Source: Candidatus Equimonas enterica (GTDB taxonomy: Bacteria; Bacteroidota; Bacteroidia; Bacteroidales; Bacteroidaceae). Taken from it: 51,608 nt of DNA. Below, piece after piece: positions 27,677 to 39,651 of this stretch. How positions within the stretch are numbered: the first letter of the stretch is position 1; each line of letters opens with the position of its first letter. The stretch lies in NCBI GenBank assembly GCA_018066225.1, contig JAGHRU010000052.1, positions 1 to 51,608 on the forward strand. Reading direction: 5' to 3'. The notes under the pieces were generated by a model. That model saw nothing but the letters and a program-made list of their open reading frames with translations. It did no database searches and was not told the origin of the DNA. The translations under genes were made by a program, and so were the position numbers.

Positions 27677-28990
27677 TTATAGCGTGATGTCAAGGCCGAG
27701 TGAGAAGTATTCGTTGAACTGGAAGTAGGAATGGTCGGCCATGCGTGCCACGCCGTCGTCGAAGCGTGGATAGAGAAAGAGCTTGGTGGAGAGATAACGG
27801 TTGGCCTTGATGGTAATGGTGTTTTCCCATTCCACCTGCGTGCGGGTGTAGTCGGTGAAGTAGTAAAGGCGGCTGTTCCAAGCGATGTTGGGGGTGATGG
27901 TCCATGCCGTGGTGGCTGTGATGTTGCTACCGATGGACCAGCGTGCATGATGTCCCGACGCGATGCCAAACGACGGGGACAGCGTGAGACGGTCGCAGTA
28001 TTTCAGGTCAGCGGCCAAGGGCGAGATGGTGGCCGTGAGCTGGAAGTGCTTGCGCTCTGCCTTGTAGTCCATACCCAGCGACAGCACACTCTCCAACGGC
28101 GAAGCCAAGTCGGAATAGACCATAGGGTCGTTGGGCTTGTAGCCGCGATAGAACTGCGTCCACGTTTGCAGCATAGCCGTGTAATACCAGTGCTTCACCG
28201 CCTTGTAGCCCACTTTGTTGGTCAGACGCAGCAGGTCGGTGTTGGTCTTGAGTTTGTGCTCGGAGTCGGAACGCGAAGTCTGAAAGCCGAGTTTCATTTC
28301 CAGTTTGTTGTCAAACGTCAGCCGCGACTTGTTGTCGTAGTTGGCCTCGAAGATGAGGTTGGCCAGTAGTGAGAGGTTGCTTTCACCACCCTTATACCAG
28401 TTCTCTGAGACGTAGGTCTGCATAAACTGTATGGCGAGGTTCGTTTTCAGTGTCCAGAAGTTGGGGCGGTGCACCACGAGGTTGAGTGGTTGGTCATCGC
28501 CGATGAGCGCAGGCGCGATGCTCGGGACAGGCTCGTAGAGTGCGCTGACTTCGCTCTCGGGGAGCGGGTTTTCGGCGTTTGCTGTGGCTTTCGGCTGCGC
28601 GGGCGTAGCGATGTAGCGGGCTGTGCTTGGCCGGTGGCTGTAAGCATGGAGCAGCGTGAGGCCAGAGTGGCTGACGACTTGCTCGGCATGCGCGGCCAAA
28701 GGTCCAGACGGGTGTTTGCCCTCGGCGTGAAAACTGCGCGTCAAGTCGGGCGTGAAAAGTGGGCTGCCGCCGAAGAGCATATAGTAGTAGGGGTTGCTGA
28801 ACGTGCCGTCGTCGGCGTAGGTGCGCTCTCGTGCGACGCTGGCGAGGCTATCCAGCGCGCTGGCGTAGTGCGTGACGATGGTGTCGGCAGTGGCTCCGTG
28901 CGGTGTGTCCGTGTGGGGTGCCGTGCCTTGGGCTTGGGCACACAAGGCGCAGCAAATCATCAGCGTGCAGAGGAGAGTACGGCAGACCAT
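27677..28990 (-). CDS. DUF3078-like outer-membrane protein
   Basis: Signal peptide, SENWYKGGESN, D.LRLTNK.G, alternating beta strands. Confidence 0.8.
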   Translation of the reverse strand: MVCRTLLCTLMICCALCAQAQGTAPHTDTPHGATADTIVTHYASALDSLASVARERTYADDGTFSNPYYYMLFGGSPLFTPDLTRSFHAEGKHPSGPLAAHAEQVVSHSGLTLLHAYSHRPSTARYIATPAQPKATANAENPLPESEVSALYEPVPSIAPALIGDDQPLNLVVHRPNFWTLKTNLAIQFMQTYVSENWYKGGESNLSLLANLIFEANYDNKSRLTFDNKLEMKLGFQTSRSDSEHKLKTNTDLLRLTNKVGYKAVKHWYYTAMLQTWTQFYRGYKPNDPMVYSDLASPLESVLSLGMDYKAERKHFQLTATISPLAADLKYCDRLTLSPSFGIASGHHARWSIGSNITATTAWTITPNIAWNSRLYYFTDYTRTQVEWENTITIKANRYLSTKLFLYPRFDDGVARMADHSYFQFNEYFSLGLDITL

Positions 28991-29030
28991 AGGAGGGACT
29001 TGTAAGGGGATTAACTTGAAATTTACCGTG

Positions 29031-30810
<1,780 letters not shown>

Positions 30811-30847
30811 CCGCTATCTTTACGCAAGTACCTTTATATAATTATAT

Positions 30848-32755
30848 ATGGACAAAAATACTGTAACAGGACTGATACTCATCGCCCTCGTCCTCTTCGG
30901 CTTCTCCTATTGGCAAAATCAGCAGCAGGAGGAGGCCACGGTCAAGACAGAGCAAGTGAAGTCCGCATCTACCACCCAAGAGAAGAAAGCCCCTGCCGCT
31001 GCGCCACAGCAGCAGAAGACTGTGGCAGCCGCTGCGAACGACACCACGGGGCTTTTTGGCGCAGCCAAGCAAGGCGTCAATACGCCGATTACGCTGGCCA
31101 ACGACAAAGTCAGCATCGCCATCAACACCAAAGGCGGTATGCCGACGACGGTGGCACTCACAAACTTTAAGAACTACACCGATTTTAAGGCAGGAAAAGA
31201 CCAAGCCACGCTCAACCTCCTCAACGAGAAAGATGCGCAGGCTTACTTCCTCTTTGAGACGAAAACGGCCAATATCAACACCGCGGACTACTACTTCACG
31301 CCCGAAGAGCAGACCGACAGCAGCGTCACGATGCGGCTGGCCGATGCGGCTACGGGAGCGGCCATCGTCATCCGCTACACCTTGCAGCCCGACAACTATA
31401 TGCTCAATATGAGCGTCAGCACCGAGGGCATGAAGGACCTCTTCTCTGCCAAGACTTCTACCTTTACGGTGAACTGGCAGGACCGCCTGCGTCAGCAGGA
31501 GAAAGGCTACGACTTTGAAAACCGCTATTCCACGCTGACCTACAAGCCTAATGCTGACGATGCCGAGCACCTCAAAGAGCAAGGTGACGACCTCGACAAA
31601 AAGGTGGAAGAGCGCGTCGATTGGATTGCCTTCAAAAACCAGTATTTCAGCAGCGTCCTCATTGCCGATGAGCCGCTTACGGACGTGAAACTCTCGAGCC
31701 GCCAACTCAATAAGGAGCAGATGGCTGGCTATCTGAAAGAATTGTCGGCTACTGCTGAGGCCTCTTTCGACGCTACAGGCAAGCAAGCAACGGACTTCCA
31801 GTGGTATTTCGGGCCTAACAACTATCGCCTCTTGCAGTCGATGGAGCACTATCGCACGGCCGACCACGACCTCGACTTGCAGGAGTTGGTTTACCTTGGC
31901 TGGCCGTTGTTTAAGTGGATCAACCGCTTCTTTACGCTCTATGTCTTCGACTTCTTTGCGCGTATTTGTGGCCTGCCTATGTGGCTCGTGCTGCTGCTCA
32001 TCACGCTCCTTCTGCGCGTTATCGTCTATGCGCCGACCCGCAAGAGTTTCATGTCGAGTGCCAAGATGCGTGCGCTCAAACCCAAAGTCGATGAACTCAG
32101 CAAGAAGTATCCCAATCAAGAGGATGCGATGCAGCGTCAGCAGGCGACGATGCAGCTCTACTCGGATTATGGCGTGAGTCCTATGGGCGGTTGCTTGCCG
32201 ATGCTCATACAGATGCCTATCTGGATTGCGATGTTCAACTTCGTCCCCAATGCCATCGAACTTCGTCAGCAGCCTTTCCTTTGGGCCGACGACCTCAGTG
32301 CGTACGACGACGTCATCAACTGGGGTACGAACATCTGGGGCATAGGCGACCACCTCTCCCTCTTCTGTCTCCTCTTCTGCGCCAGCAACATCCTTTACAG
32401 CGTGATGACCATGCGCCAGCAGCGTGACCAGATGTCTTCGGAGCAGGCGCAGCAGATGAAGATGATGCAGTGGATGATGTATCTCATGCCGCTGATGTTC
32501 TTCTTTATGTTCAATACTTATAGCGCGGGCCTCAACTACTACTACTTTATCTCCTTGCTCTTCTCCGCACTGACTATGTGGTATCTGCGTGCGACGACCG
32601 ACAACGATAAGATTTTGGCCCGACTCGAAGAGAACTACCGCGCCAACAAGAGCAACCCCAACAAGAAGGCGCGTGGCTTGGCAGCACGTCTGCAAGCCCT
32701 GCAAGAGCAGCAGGAGCGTATGAAGCAAATGCAGGAGAAGCAACAACGCAAGTAG
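30848..32755 (+). CDS. yidC: Membrane protein insertase YidC
   Basis: MDKNTVTG, YFGPN, SPMGGCLPMLIQMPI, FLWADDLS. Confidence 0.96.
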   Translation: MDKNTVTGLILIALVLFGFSYWQNQQQEEATVKTEQVKSASTTQEKKAPAAAPQQQKTVAAAANDTTGLFGAAKQGVNTPITLANDKVSIAINTKGGMPTTVALTNFKNYTDFKAGKDQATLNLLNEKDAQAYFLFETKTANINTADYYFTPEEQTDSSVTMRLADAATGAAIVIRYTLQPDNYMLNMSVSTEGMKDLFSAKTSTFTVNWQDRLRQQEKGYDFENRYSTLTYKPNADDAEHLKEQGDDLDKKVEERVDWIAFKNQYFSSVLIADEPLTDVKLSSRQLNKEQMAGYLKELSATAEASFDATGKQATDFQWYFGPNNYRLLQSMEHYRTADHDLDLQELVYLGWPLFKWINRFFTLYVFDFFARICGLPMWLVLLLITLLLRVIVYAPTRKSFMSSAKMRALKPKVDELSKKYPNQEDAMQRQQATMQLYSDYGVSPMGGCLPMLIQMPIWIAMFNFVPNAIELRQQPFLWADDLSAYDDVINWGTNIWGIGDHLSLFCLLFCASNILYSVMTMRQQRDQMSSEQAQQMKMMQWMMYLMPLMFFFMFNTYSAGLNYYYFISLLFSALTMWYLRATTDNDKILARLEENYRANKSNPNKKARGLAARLQALQEQQERMKQMQEKQQRK

Positions 32756-32807
32756 TGCCGTCGTACACCCCCTCGTCATCATAAACAATAGATAATAAGT
32801 CATCATT

Positions 32808-34985
32808 ATGATAAAATCCATCCTTATTGCTGCTGCTATGGCACTTACCATCACCACGGCTACGGCGCAGACCTTCATCGGTCCGCAAAAGCCACAAACG
32901 CAGAGCGACATCATGACGCCCGAGGATTTGTGGGCGATGGGACGCATCGGCAGCGTTGCCGTTAGTCCCGACGGTAAAACCATGATTTATGCCGTCAGTT
33001 ATTATAGTGTAGAACTCAACAAGTCACACACGGTGCTCTACGCCCTTGACGTAGCCTCGCGCCGCAGCACGATGCTCACCACCTCCACACAGAGTGAGAG
33101 CACACCAGCGTGGATTAAGAATGGCCAGAAGGTGGTCTTCTTGTCCTCCGAGAGCGGCTCGTCGCAACTTTGGGAGATGAACGCTGATGGCACAGGCCGT
33201 CGCCAGATTTCTCACGAGGCTGACGATGTCATCGACTATCTTTTCTCGCCAGACGACACCAAGGTGTTGCTTGTCAAGGAAGTGCCCACAACGACATCCA
33301 TCGCTCCCAACGACGAAGACCTTCCCTTGGCAAGCGGTATGGTCATCAATGACTTGATGTATAAGCATTGGGACACCTATGTCAAGGCCATTCCGCATCC
33401 TTTTGTTGCGCGCTTTGATGGCAATGCTATTACGCAGAGCAAAGACATTCTCGAGGGTGAGCCTTACGAAAGCCCGATGTTGCCATTCGGTGGTCACGAA
33501 CAGTTCTGCTGGTCGCCCGATAGCAAGCAACTCGCCTACACCTGCCGCAAGAAAGTGGGACGTGACAATGCCATCAGCACCGACTCCGACATCTTCCTCT
33601 ATGACTTGGCCAGCGGCACTACGCGTAACCTCTGCAAGCCCGAAGGCTGGCAACAGCCCGAGGTGGAGCCCACGGTGTCGCTCGAAGCGCAAGCGGTCAA
33701 TAAGCAGCGTGAAGACTGCAATATGGGTTACGACAAGAATCCTGCCTTCTCGCCCGATGGTCGCTATGTAGCGTGGAGCAGTATGGCGCGTGACGGCTAC
33801 GAGAGTGACCGCGCTCGTCTCTGTGTCTATGACCTTCGCACGGGCAGCAAGACTTATGTGACGGAGCAGTTTGAGAGCGATGTCAATGAGTTCGTTTGGG
33901 CACCCGATAGCCGCAACCTCTATTTTACTGGCGTTTGGCACGCCCGTACCCAAGTCTATGTCACCGATCTCCAAGGTCGTCATCGTGCTTTGACCGACGA
34001 TGTGGCCGACTACGCGATAGAGGGCATCACTGCCGATGGCAAACAACTCGTCACCAAGCGTCATTCTATGAGTGCTGCCGACGAAGTCTATTTCGTCGCT
34101 ACTAATAAGAAAGTCAAGGGAACAACTCTTGCCAATGTTGAGCAATTGACGTGCGAAAACGAGGCTTTCTACGACCAACTTACCTTTGGCGAGGTGCAGG
34201 AACGCTGGGTCAAGACCACCGATGGCAAGGATATGCTCTGCTGGGTTATCCTGCCGCCGCATTTCGATCCTGCGAAGAAATATCCCACACTCCTCTATTG
34301 CGAGGGTGGGCCTCAGTCACCTGTGAGTCAGTTCTGGTCTTTCCGTTGGAACTTCCAGATGATGGCAGCCAACGGCTATGTCATCGTAGCCCCCAACCGC
34401 CGTGGCTTGCCCGGCTTCGGCACGGAATGGCTCGAAGCCATCAGTGGCGACTACACAGGGCAGTGTATGCGTGACTACCTTTCTGCCATCGACGATGTCT
34501 GCCGAGAGCCTTGGGTTGATACAGATCGCCTCGGCGCTGTCGGTGCTTCCTTTGGCGGGTTTAGCATCTATTGGCTTGCAGGTCATCACGACAAGCGCTT
34601 CAAAGCCTTTATCGCTCACGATGGCATCTTCAATACGCAGCAGCAGTATATGGAGACGGAGGAAATGTGGTTTGCCAACTGGGATATGGGCAAAGCACCT
34701 TGGTATAAGAACGCAGACGGCAAGCGTCAGCAGCTCTTCGAGGAGTCGCCGCATCTCTTTGTAGATAAATGGGATACCCCCATCCTCTGCATTCATGGGC
34801 AAAAAGACTTCCGTATAGAATATACGCAGGCAGAGTCTGCCTTCAATGCTGCCAGAATGCGTGGCATCGATGCGCAACTGCTGCTTTTCCCCGACGAAAA
34901 TCACTGGGTGCTTAAACCGCAGAATGGCATCCTGTGGCAACGTACCTTCTTCCGCTTCTTGGAGAAAAATATCAACCGCAAATAA
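32808..34985 (+). CDS. S9 family serine peptidase (dipeptidyl-peptidase 5-like)
   Basis: Signal peptide, propeller SPDG repeats, GGPQ, GASFG, HGQKDFRI, ENHWV. Confidence 0.92.
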   Translation: MIKSILIAAAMALTITTATAQTFIGPQKPQTQSDIMTPEDLWAMGRIGSVAVSPDGKTMIYAVSYYSVELNKSHTVLYALDVASRRSTMLTTSTQSESTPAWIKNGQKVVFLSSESGSSQLWEMNADGTGRRQISHEADDVIDYLFSPDDTKVLLVKEVPTTTSIAPNDEDLPLASGMVINDLMYKHWDTYVKAIPHPFVARFDGNAITQSKDILEGEPYESPMLPFGGHEQFCWSPDSKQLAYTCRKKVGRDNAISTDSDIFLYDLASGTTRNLCKPEGWQQPEVEPTVSLEAQAVNKQREDCNMGYDKNPAFSPDGRYVAWSSMARDGYESDRARLCVYDLRTGSKTYVTEQFESDVNEFVWAPDSRNLYFTGVWHARTQVYVTDLQGRHRALTDDVADYAIEGITADGKQLVTKRHSMSAADEVYFVATNKKVKGTTLANVEQLTCENEAFYDQLTFGEVQERWVKTTDGKDMLCWVILPPHFDPAKKYPTLLYCEGGPQSPVSQFWSFRWNFQMMAANGYVIVAPNRRGLPGFGTEWLEAISGDYTGQCMRDYLSAIDDVCREPWVDTDRLGAVGASFGGFSIYWLAGHHDKRFKAFIAHDGIFNTQQQYMETEEMWFANWDMGKAPWYKNADGKRQQLFEESPHLFVDKWDTPILCIHGQKDFRIEYTQAESAFNAARMRGIDAQLLLFPDENHWVLKPQNGILWQRTFFRFLEKNINRK

Positions 34986-35010
34986 TCAACAAAAACCCTA
35001 ATATCACTTT

Positions 35011-36426
35011 ATGGAAACGCTCCAAAAGAAACTCAGTGACAGCGCAGCCATGCGCTGGACTGCCCTCGTGCTCCTCGCCGGAGCCATGTTCTTCGGTTAC
35101 ATCTTTGTCGATATTCTCTCGCCTTTGCAGGAGCATCTTGCCAAAGCCCCTTACAACTGGGATCCTGTGGCCTACGGACGCTTTGCAGGCAGTGAGACCT
35201 TCCTCAATGTCTTTGTATTCTTCCTCATCTTTGCGGGTATTATACTCGATAAGATGGGTGTGCGCTTTACCGCAATTCTGTCTGGTGCTGTAATGTTGCT
35301 CGGCGGCGCAATCAAGCTCTACGCTGTCAGCGGATCCTTCATCGGCAGTGGAGCACAAGCTTTCTTTGACAACAATCTCAATTTGGCCGACGCTTGGTGG
35401 AACATCACTCCCTTCGTCAATGGTATGCCCGGCAGTGCCAAGCTTGCAGCTATCGGCTTTATGGTGTTTGGCTGCGGCTGCGAGATGGCTGGTATCACTG
35501 TGAGCCGAGGCATCGTCAAGTGGTTCCAAGGCAAGGAAATGGCGCTTGCTATGGGTGTGGAAATGGCCATTGCCCGTTGCGGCGTCGCTGCCGTGATGCT
35601 TGGCGCTCCTGCCATTGCTGCTATCGAGCCTATCAGCGTGAGCCGTCCTGTTTGTGTCAGCGTCATTCTGCTCTGCATTGGCCTTATCAGTTTCATCGCT
35701 TATGGCTTTATGGACAAGCGACTCGACGCACAAGGTGTAGAAGAAGAAAAGGACGAGCCCTTCAAGATTAGCGATATCGGCCTCATCCTCAGCAGTAAGG
35801 CCTTCTGGATTGTTAGCCTCCTTTGCGTGACCTATTATAGTGCCATCTTCCCCTTCCAGAAGTGTGCCATCAACATGCTCCAATGCACCCTCGGCTTTAC
35901 GGCAGAGGAGGCAGGTCGCGTGTTCTTCGTCTTCCCGCTTGGTGCTGCTGCCATTACGCCTGTTTTGGGTAACTTCCTCGACCGCAAAGGTAAGGGTGCA
36001 ACGATGCTCATGTTTGGTGCGCTGCTCATGATTTGCTGCCACTTGGTTTTCGCTCTGGTACTGCCTGCTACGCAGAGCGTGGTTATTGCTTTTGCTGCCA
36101 TCATCCTGCTCGGCATCAGTTTCAGCCTCGTGCCTGCTGCTTTGTGGCCCAGCGTCCCCAAGCTCATCGATGGCAAGGTGCTCGGCTCTGCTTACGCGCT
36201 CATCTTCTGGATACAAAATATCGGCCTCTACGCCTTCCCGATGATTATCGGTGGTGTATTGCGTTCCAGCAACCCTGGTGTTGATGATCCCTTGAAGTAC
36301 AACTATACGACGCCGATGCTTGTCTTTGCCAGCCTCGGTGTGGTGGCCCTTGTCCTTGGCCTGTACTTGAAGATAGACGACGCTCGCCACCACTATGGTC
36401 TGGAAGAGCCCAATATCAAGAAATAA
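35011..36426 (+). CDS. MFS transporter
   Basis: About 12 TM segments, GIILDKMGVR and GNFLDRKGK motif-A loops. Confidence 0.9.
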   Translation: METLQKKLSDSAAMRWTALVLLAGAMFFGYIFVDILSPLQEHLAKAPYNWDPVAYGRFAGSETFLNVFVFFLIFAGIILDKMGVRFTAILSGAVMLLGGAIKLYAVSGSFIGSGAQAFFDNNLNLADAWWNITPFVNGMPGSAKLAAIGFMVFGCGCEMAGITVSRGIVKWFQGKEMALAMGVEMAIARCGVAAVMLGAPAIAAIEPISVSRPVCVSVILLCIGLISFIAYGFMDKRLDAQGVEEEKDEPFKISDIGLILSSKAFWIVSLLCVTYYSAIFPFQKCAINMLQCTLGFTAEEAGRVFFVFPLGAAAITPVLGNFLDRKGKGATMLMFGALLMICCHLVFALVLPATQSVVIAFAAIILLGISFSLVPAALWPSVPKLIDGKVLGSAYALIFWIQNIGLYAFPMIIGGVLRSSNPGVDDPLKYNYTTPMLVFASLGVVALVLGLYLKIDDARHHYGLEEPNIKK

Positions 36427-36535
36427 GACTTCATTTTCCGCAGTTGGCAGCACGGCATTGCGGTGTCGTGCTGCTGCTGCGTCCTTATCCTTTTGGGGCG
36501 TATGCCTATGGCGTGCGCACCGCTAATCTACCCTG

Positions 36536-38431
36536 ATGAGTAAAGAAGAAAATCCTCTTAACGTATTCTCCTTCATTGCTGACTTTGAGGGCACGAACAT
36601 TGCCGACCTTTTCACGCAAGGTGAGGACGGCGTAGTGCCTCTGTTGCCTGTGAGCGACGTGATGTTGTTTCCTGGTGTTATTTGTCCCGTTCGCATTGCT
36701 TCCAAAGCGGCCTCTCGCTTGTTGCGTGAGGTGCAACGCACGGATGGCTATTTCTGTGTCGTTAGTCAGAAGGACCACGCTCAGCGTGGTGGCGGTGCCG
36801 ATAGTGAAGCCGATGGTTTAGATATCTACGACATCGGTGTGCTGGCTCGTGTGGCGCGTATCATCGATTTGCCCGGTGACTCGCGCACCGTCATGTTGCA
36901 GTCTTTCGGGCGTTGCCGTGTCAATAGCATTGTGAGCGACACACCGTTTTATAAAGCCGACATTACGCGTCTCGAAGAGGAGTTGCCCGACGAAGATAAT
37001 GCCGAGTTTAAGGCGCTTTCCGACACTATCCGTGAGCAGGCGCTCAATATGTTCAAACTCAACATTGCGCAGTCCGATCCGGCCTCCTTTGTGGTGAAGA
37101 ACATCAAAAACGCCATTTATCTCGTCAATTTCCTCTCTACTACGACCTTTGTCTCGCTTGGCGATCGCTACCGTTTGCTCTGTGACGCGCGCCTTATCGA
37201 CCGCGCTTACGACTTGCTGTCTATCATCAATCGCGAGTGCCAGTATGGGCAGTTGCGCAAACAGATACAGCGCAAGACGCATGAAGACCTTGATCAGCAA
37301 CAGCGTGAGTATTTCCTGCATCAGCAGATTAAGACTATCCGCGAAGAACTCGGCGAGTATGAGAGCAGTGCTACCGAAATAGACCAGTTGCGCGCTACGG
37401 CTGCGAAGTTGCAACTTCCCCTCGCTGTACGCGACATCTTCGAGCGTACGCTGCGTCGTCTCTCTACAATGAATCAGCAGATGCCCGACTATGGGGTTGA
37501 ACTTGGCTATGCTCAGACCATCGTCACCCTGCCGTGGGGCAAGGCCAGTGCAGACAAGTTGAGCCAGAAGCGGGCACGTCGCATCTTGGGGCGCGACCAC
37601 TACGGCATGCAACCCGTCAAGGAGCGCATCTTGGAGCATTTGGCCATGATGCAGTTTCGCATCGACAGCCGCAAGAGTCCCATTCTCTGCCTCTATGGTG
37701 CGCCCGGTGTGGGCAAGACCAGCCTTGGCAAGAGTATCGCCGAGGCATTGGGGCGTAAGTATGTCCGCATCTCTTTGGGCGGTCTTCATGATGAGGCTGA
37801 AATCAGAGGCCATCGTCGTACTTATGTCGGGGCTATGATGGGACGCATTATGAAGAGTATGGTCAAAGCGGGTACCGACAATCCTGTTTTCATCCTTGAT
37901 GAGATAGACAAGGTGACGGCCAATATGCACCACGGCGATCCCCAGAGTGCGTTGCTCGAGGTTCTCGATCCGGAGCAGAACAATGCGTTTCACGACAACT
38001 ATCTCGACTTCGATTACGACCTCTCGCAGGTGTTCTTCATCGCTACTACCAATAATATCAACACGATTCCACCGGCTTTGCTCGACCGCATGGAACTCAT
38101 CCGTGTCGATGGCTACAACTTGGAGGAGAAACGCGAGATAGCGCGACGCCACCTCATCCCTGCTGAACTTGGGGCTCTCGACTTTGGCGCGCCTGTCAAG
38201 TTCTCGCCCTCGGCCATTGAGACCATCGTAAAGCAATACACCAATGAGGAAGGGGTGCGCGGCCTCAAAGCACAAATTGCCCGTGTGGTGCGTCGCATAG
38301 CCAAAGACGCTGCTGAGCACGGACAACTTCCAGAGTATGCGCTGCGCTTAAAGCCCGAGGATATTCTGCGTCTGCTCGGCAACCCCTTGGAGCAGGGTGG
38401 GCGCGGCCGTGTCTTGGGCTTCGGCGTGTAG
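36536..38431 (+). CDS. lon: Lon N-domain plus AAA+ module lacking the C-terminal protease domain
   Basis: LFPGV, QQREYFL, DHYGM..VKERILE, GAPGVGKTS, IRGHRRTYVG, LDEIDK; ends at 631 aa with no KDGPSAG motif. Confidence 0.88.
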   Translation: MSKEENPLNVFSFIADFEGTNIADLFTQGEDGVVPLLPVSDVMLFPGVICPVRIASKAASRLLREVQRTDGYFCVVSQKDHAQRGGGADSEADGLDIYDIGVLARVARIIDLPGDSRTVMLQSFGRCRVNSIVSDTPFYKADITRLEEELPDEDNAEFKALSDTIREQALNMFKLNIAQSDPASFVVKNIKNAIYLVNFLSTTTFVSLGDRYRLLCDARLIDRAYDLLSIINRECQYGQLRKQIQRKTHEDLDQQQREYFLHQQIKTIREELGEYESSATEIDQLRATAAKLQLPLAVRDIFERTLRRLSTMNQQMPDYGVELGYAQTIVTLPWGKASADKLSQKRARRILGRDHYGMQPVKERILEHLAMMQFRIDSRKSPILCLYGAPGVGKTSLGKSIAEALGRKYVRISLGGLHDEAEIRGHRRTYVGAMMGRIMKSMVKAGTDNPVFILDEIDKVTANMHHGDPQSALLEVLDPEQNNAFHDNYLDFDYDLSQVFFIATTNNINTIPPALLDRMELIRVDGYNLEEKREIARRHLIPAELGALDFGAPVKFSPSAIETIVKQYTNEEGVRGLKAQIARVVRRIAKDAAEHGQLPEYALRLKPEDILRLLGNPLEQGGRGRVLGFGV

Positions 38432-38476
38432 TGCGCAGTGTCCTCTTGTCTATTCACTTTATCTTCTTTCCCGACA

Positions 38477-39649
38477 ATGTCTCTCACGCTTCGTCCCACT
38501 TGGCGCACTGGTAGCGACCGTCTCTTCACCCTCGACCACACCGATGCAGGTAGTGCTGCGCGTGCTGGCCATATCATCACCGACCACGGCACCATACAGA
38601 CGCCGATCTTCATGCCTGTCGGTACGCTCGGTAGCGTGAAGGGGGTACACCAGCGCGAACTTTTGGACGATGTCAAGGCGCAAATCATCCTTGGCAACAC
38701 CTATCATCTCTATCTCCGTCCGGGGCTTGATGTCTTGGCGCGCGCCGGAGGCTTGCACCGCTTCAACGGCTTCACGCGCCCTATGCTGACCGATAGTGGC
38801 GGCTTTCAGGTGTTCTCGCTCACGGGCATACGTCGTCTCTCTGAAGCGGGCTGTGAGTTTCGCAGCCACATCGATGGCAGCAAGCATTTCTTCACTCCTG
38901 AGGGCGTGATGGACATCGAGCGTACCATCGGTGCTGACATCATGATGGCCTTCGACGAGTGCCCGCCCGGCACGGCCGACTATGCCTATGCCCGCCGAAG
39001 CCTTGACCTGACCCACGGCTGGTTGCGCCGCTGTGTGGAGCGTTTCAGTGCCACCAGCGACAAGTACGGCTACCACCAAGCCCTTTTCCCCATCGTACAA
39101 GGCTGTGTCTATCCCGATTTGCGGCGTGAGAGTGCCGACTTCGCTGCCAGTCTCGAAGCCGAGGGTTATGCCATTGGCGGACTTGCCGTCGGCGAACCTG
39201 CCGAGGTGATGTATGACATGATAGAGGTGGTCAATGGTGTGTTGCCCGCCGATCGCCCGCGCTACCTTATGGGGGTAGGTACGCCCATCAATATCCTCGA
39301 AGCCATAGAGCGTGGTGTGGATATGTTTGACTGCGTCATGCCGACGCGCAATGGTCGCAACGCTATGCTCTTCACCGCTCATGGCGTGATGAACATGCGC
39401 AATGCCAAGTGGGCCGACTGCTTTGAGCCTATTGACACCGATAGCCCATGCTATGTAGATACGGCCTACACCAAGGCTTATCTCCACCATCTCTTCAAGG
39501 CCAAGGAACTACTGGCCATGCAGATAGCTTCTATCCACAATCTCGCGTTCTACCTTCGCCTCGTGGGCGAGGCACGCGCTCATATCTTGGCCGACGATTT
39601 CGCCCAGTGGAAATCGCAGGCCATCGCCGAACTTTCTCGCCGTTTGTAG
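38477..39649 (+). CDS. tgt: tRNA-guanine transglycosylase
   Basis: TPIFMPVGT, GNTYHL, DSGGFQVFSL, DMFDCVMPTRNGRN. Confidence 0.97.
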   Translation: MSLTLRPTWRTGSDRLFTLDHTDAGSAARAGHIITDHGTIQTPIFMPVGTLGSVKGVHQRELLDDVKAQIILGNTYHLYLRPGLDVLARAGGLHRFNGFTRPMLTDSGGFQVFSLTGIRRLSEAGCEFRSHIDGSKHFFTPEGVMDIERTIGADIMMAFDECPPGTADYAYARRSLDLTHGWLRRCVERFSATSDKYGYHQALFPIVQGCVYPDLRRESADFAASLEAEGYAIGGLAVGEPAEVMYDMIEVVNGVLPADRPRYLMGVGTPINILEAIERGVDMFDCVMPTRNGRNAMLFTAHGVMNMRNAKWADCFEPIDTDSPCYVDTAYTKAYLHHLFKAKELLAMQIASIHNLAFYLRLVGEARAHILADDFAQWKSQAIAELSRRL

Positions 39650-39651
39650 CC

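Noticed and set aside
30842-32983. 713-aa antisense ORF over yidC, and similar long shadow ORFs over pheT, citF, lon, the MFS gene and helicases
   Set aside because: Mirror frames of recognisable genes in GC-rich, codon-biased DNA; no motifs of their own
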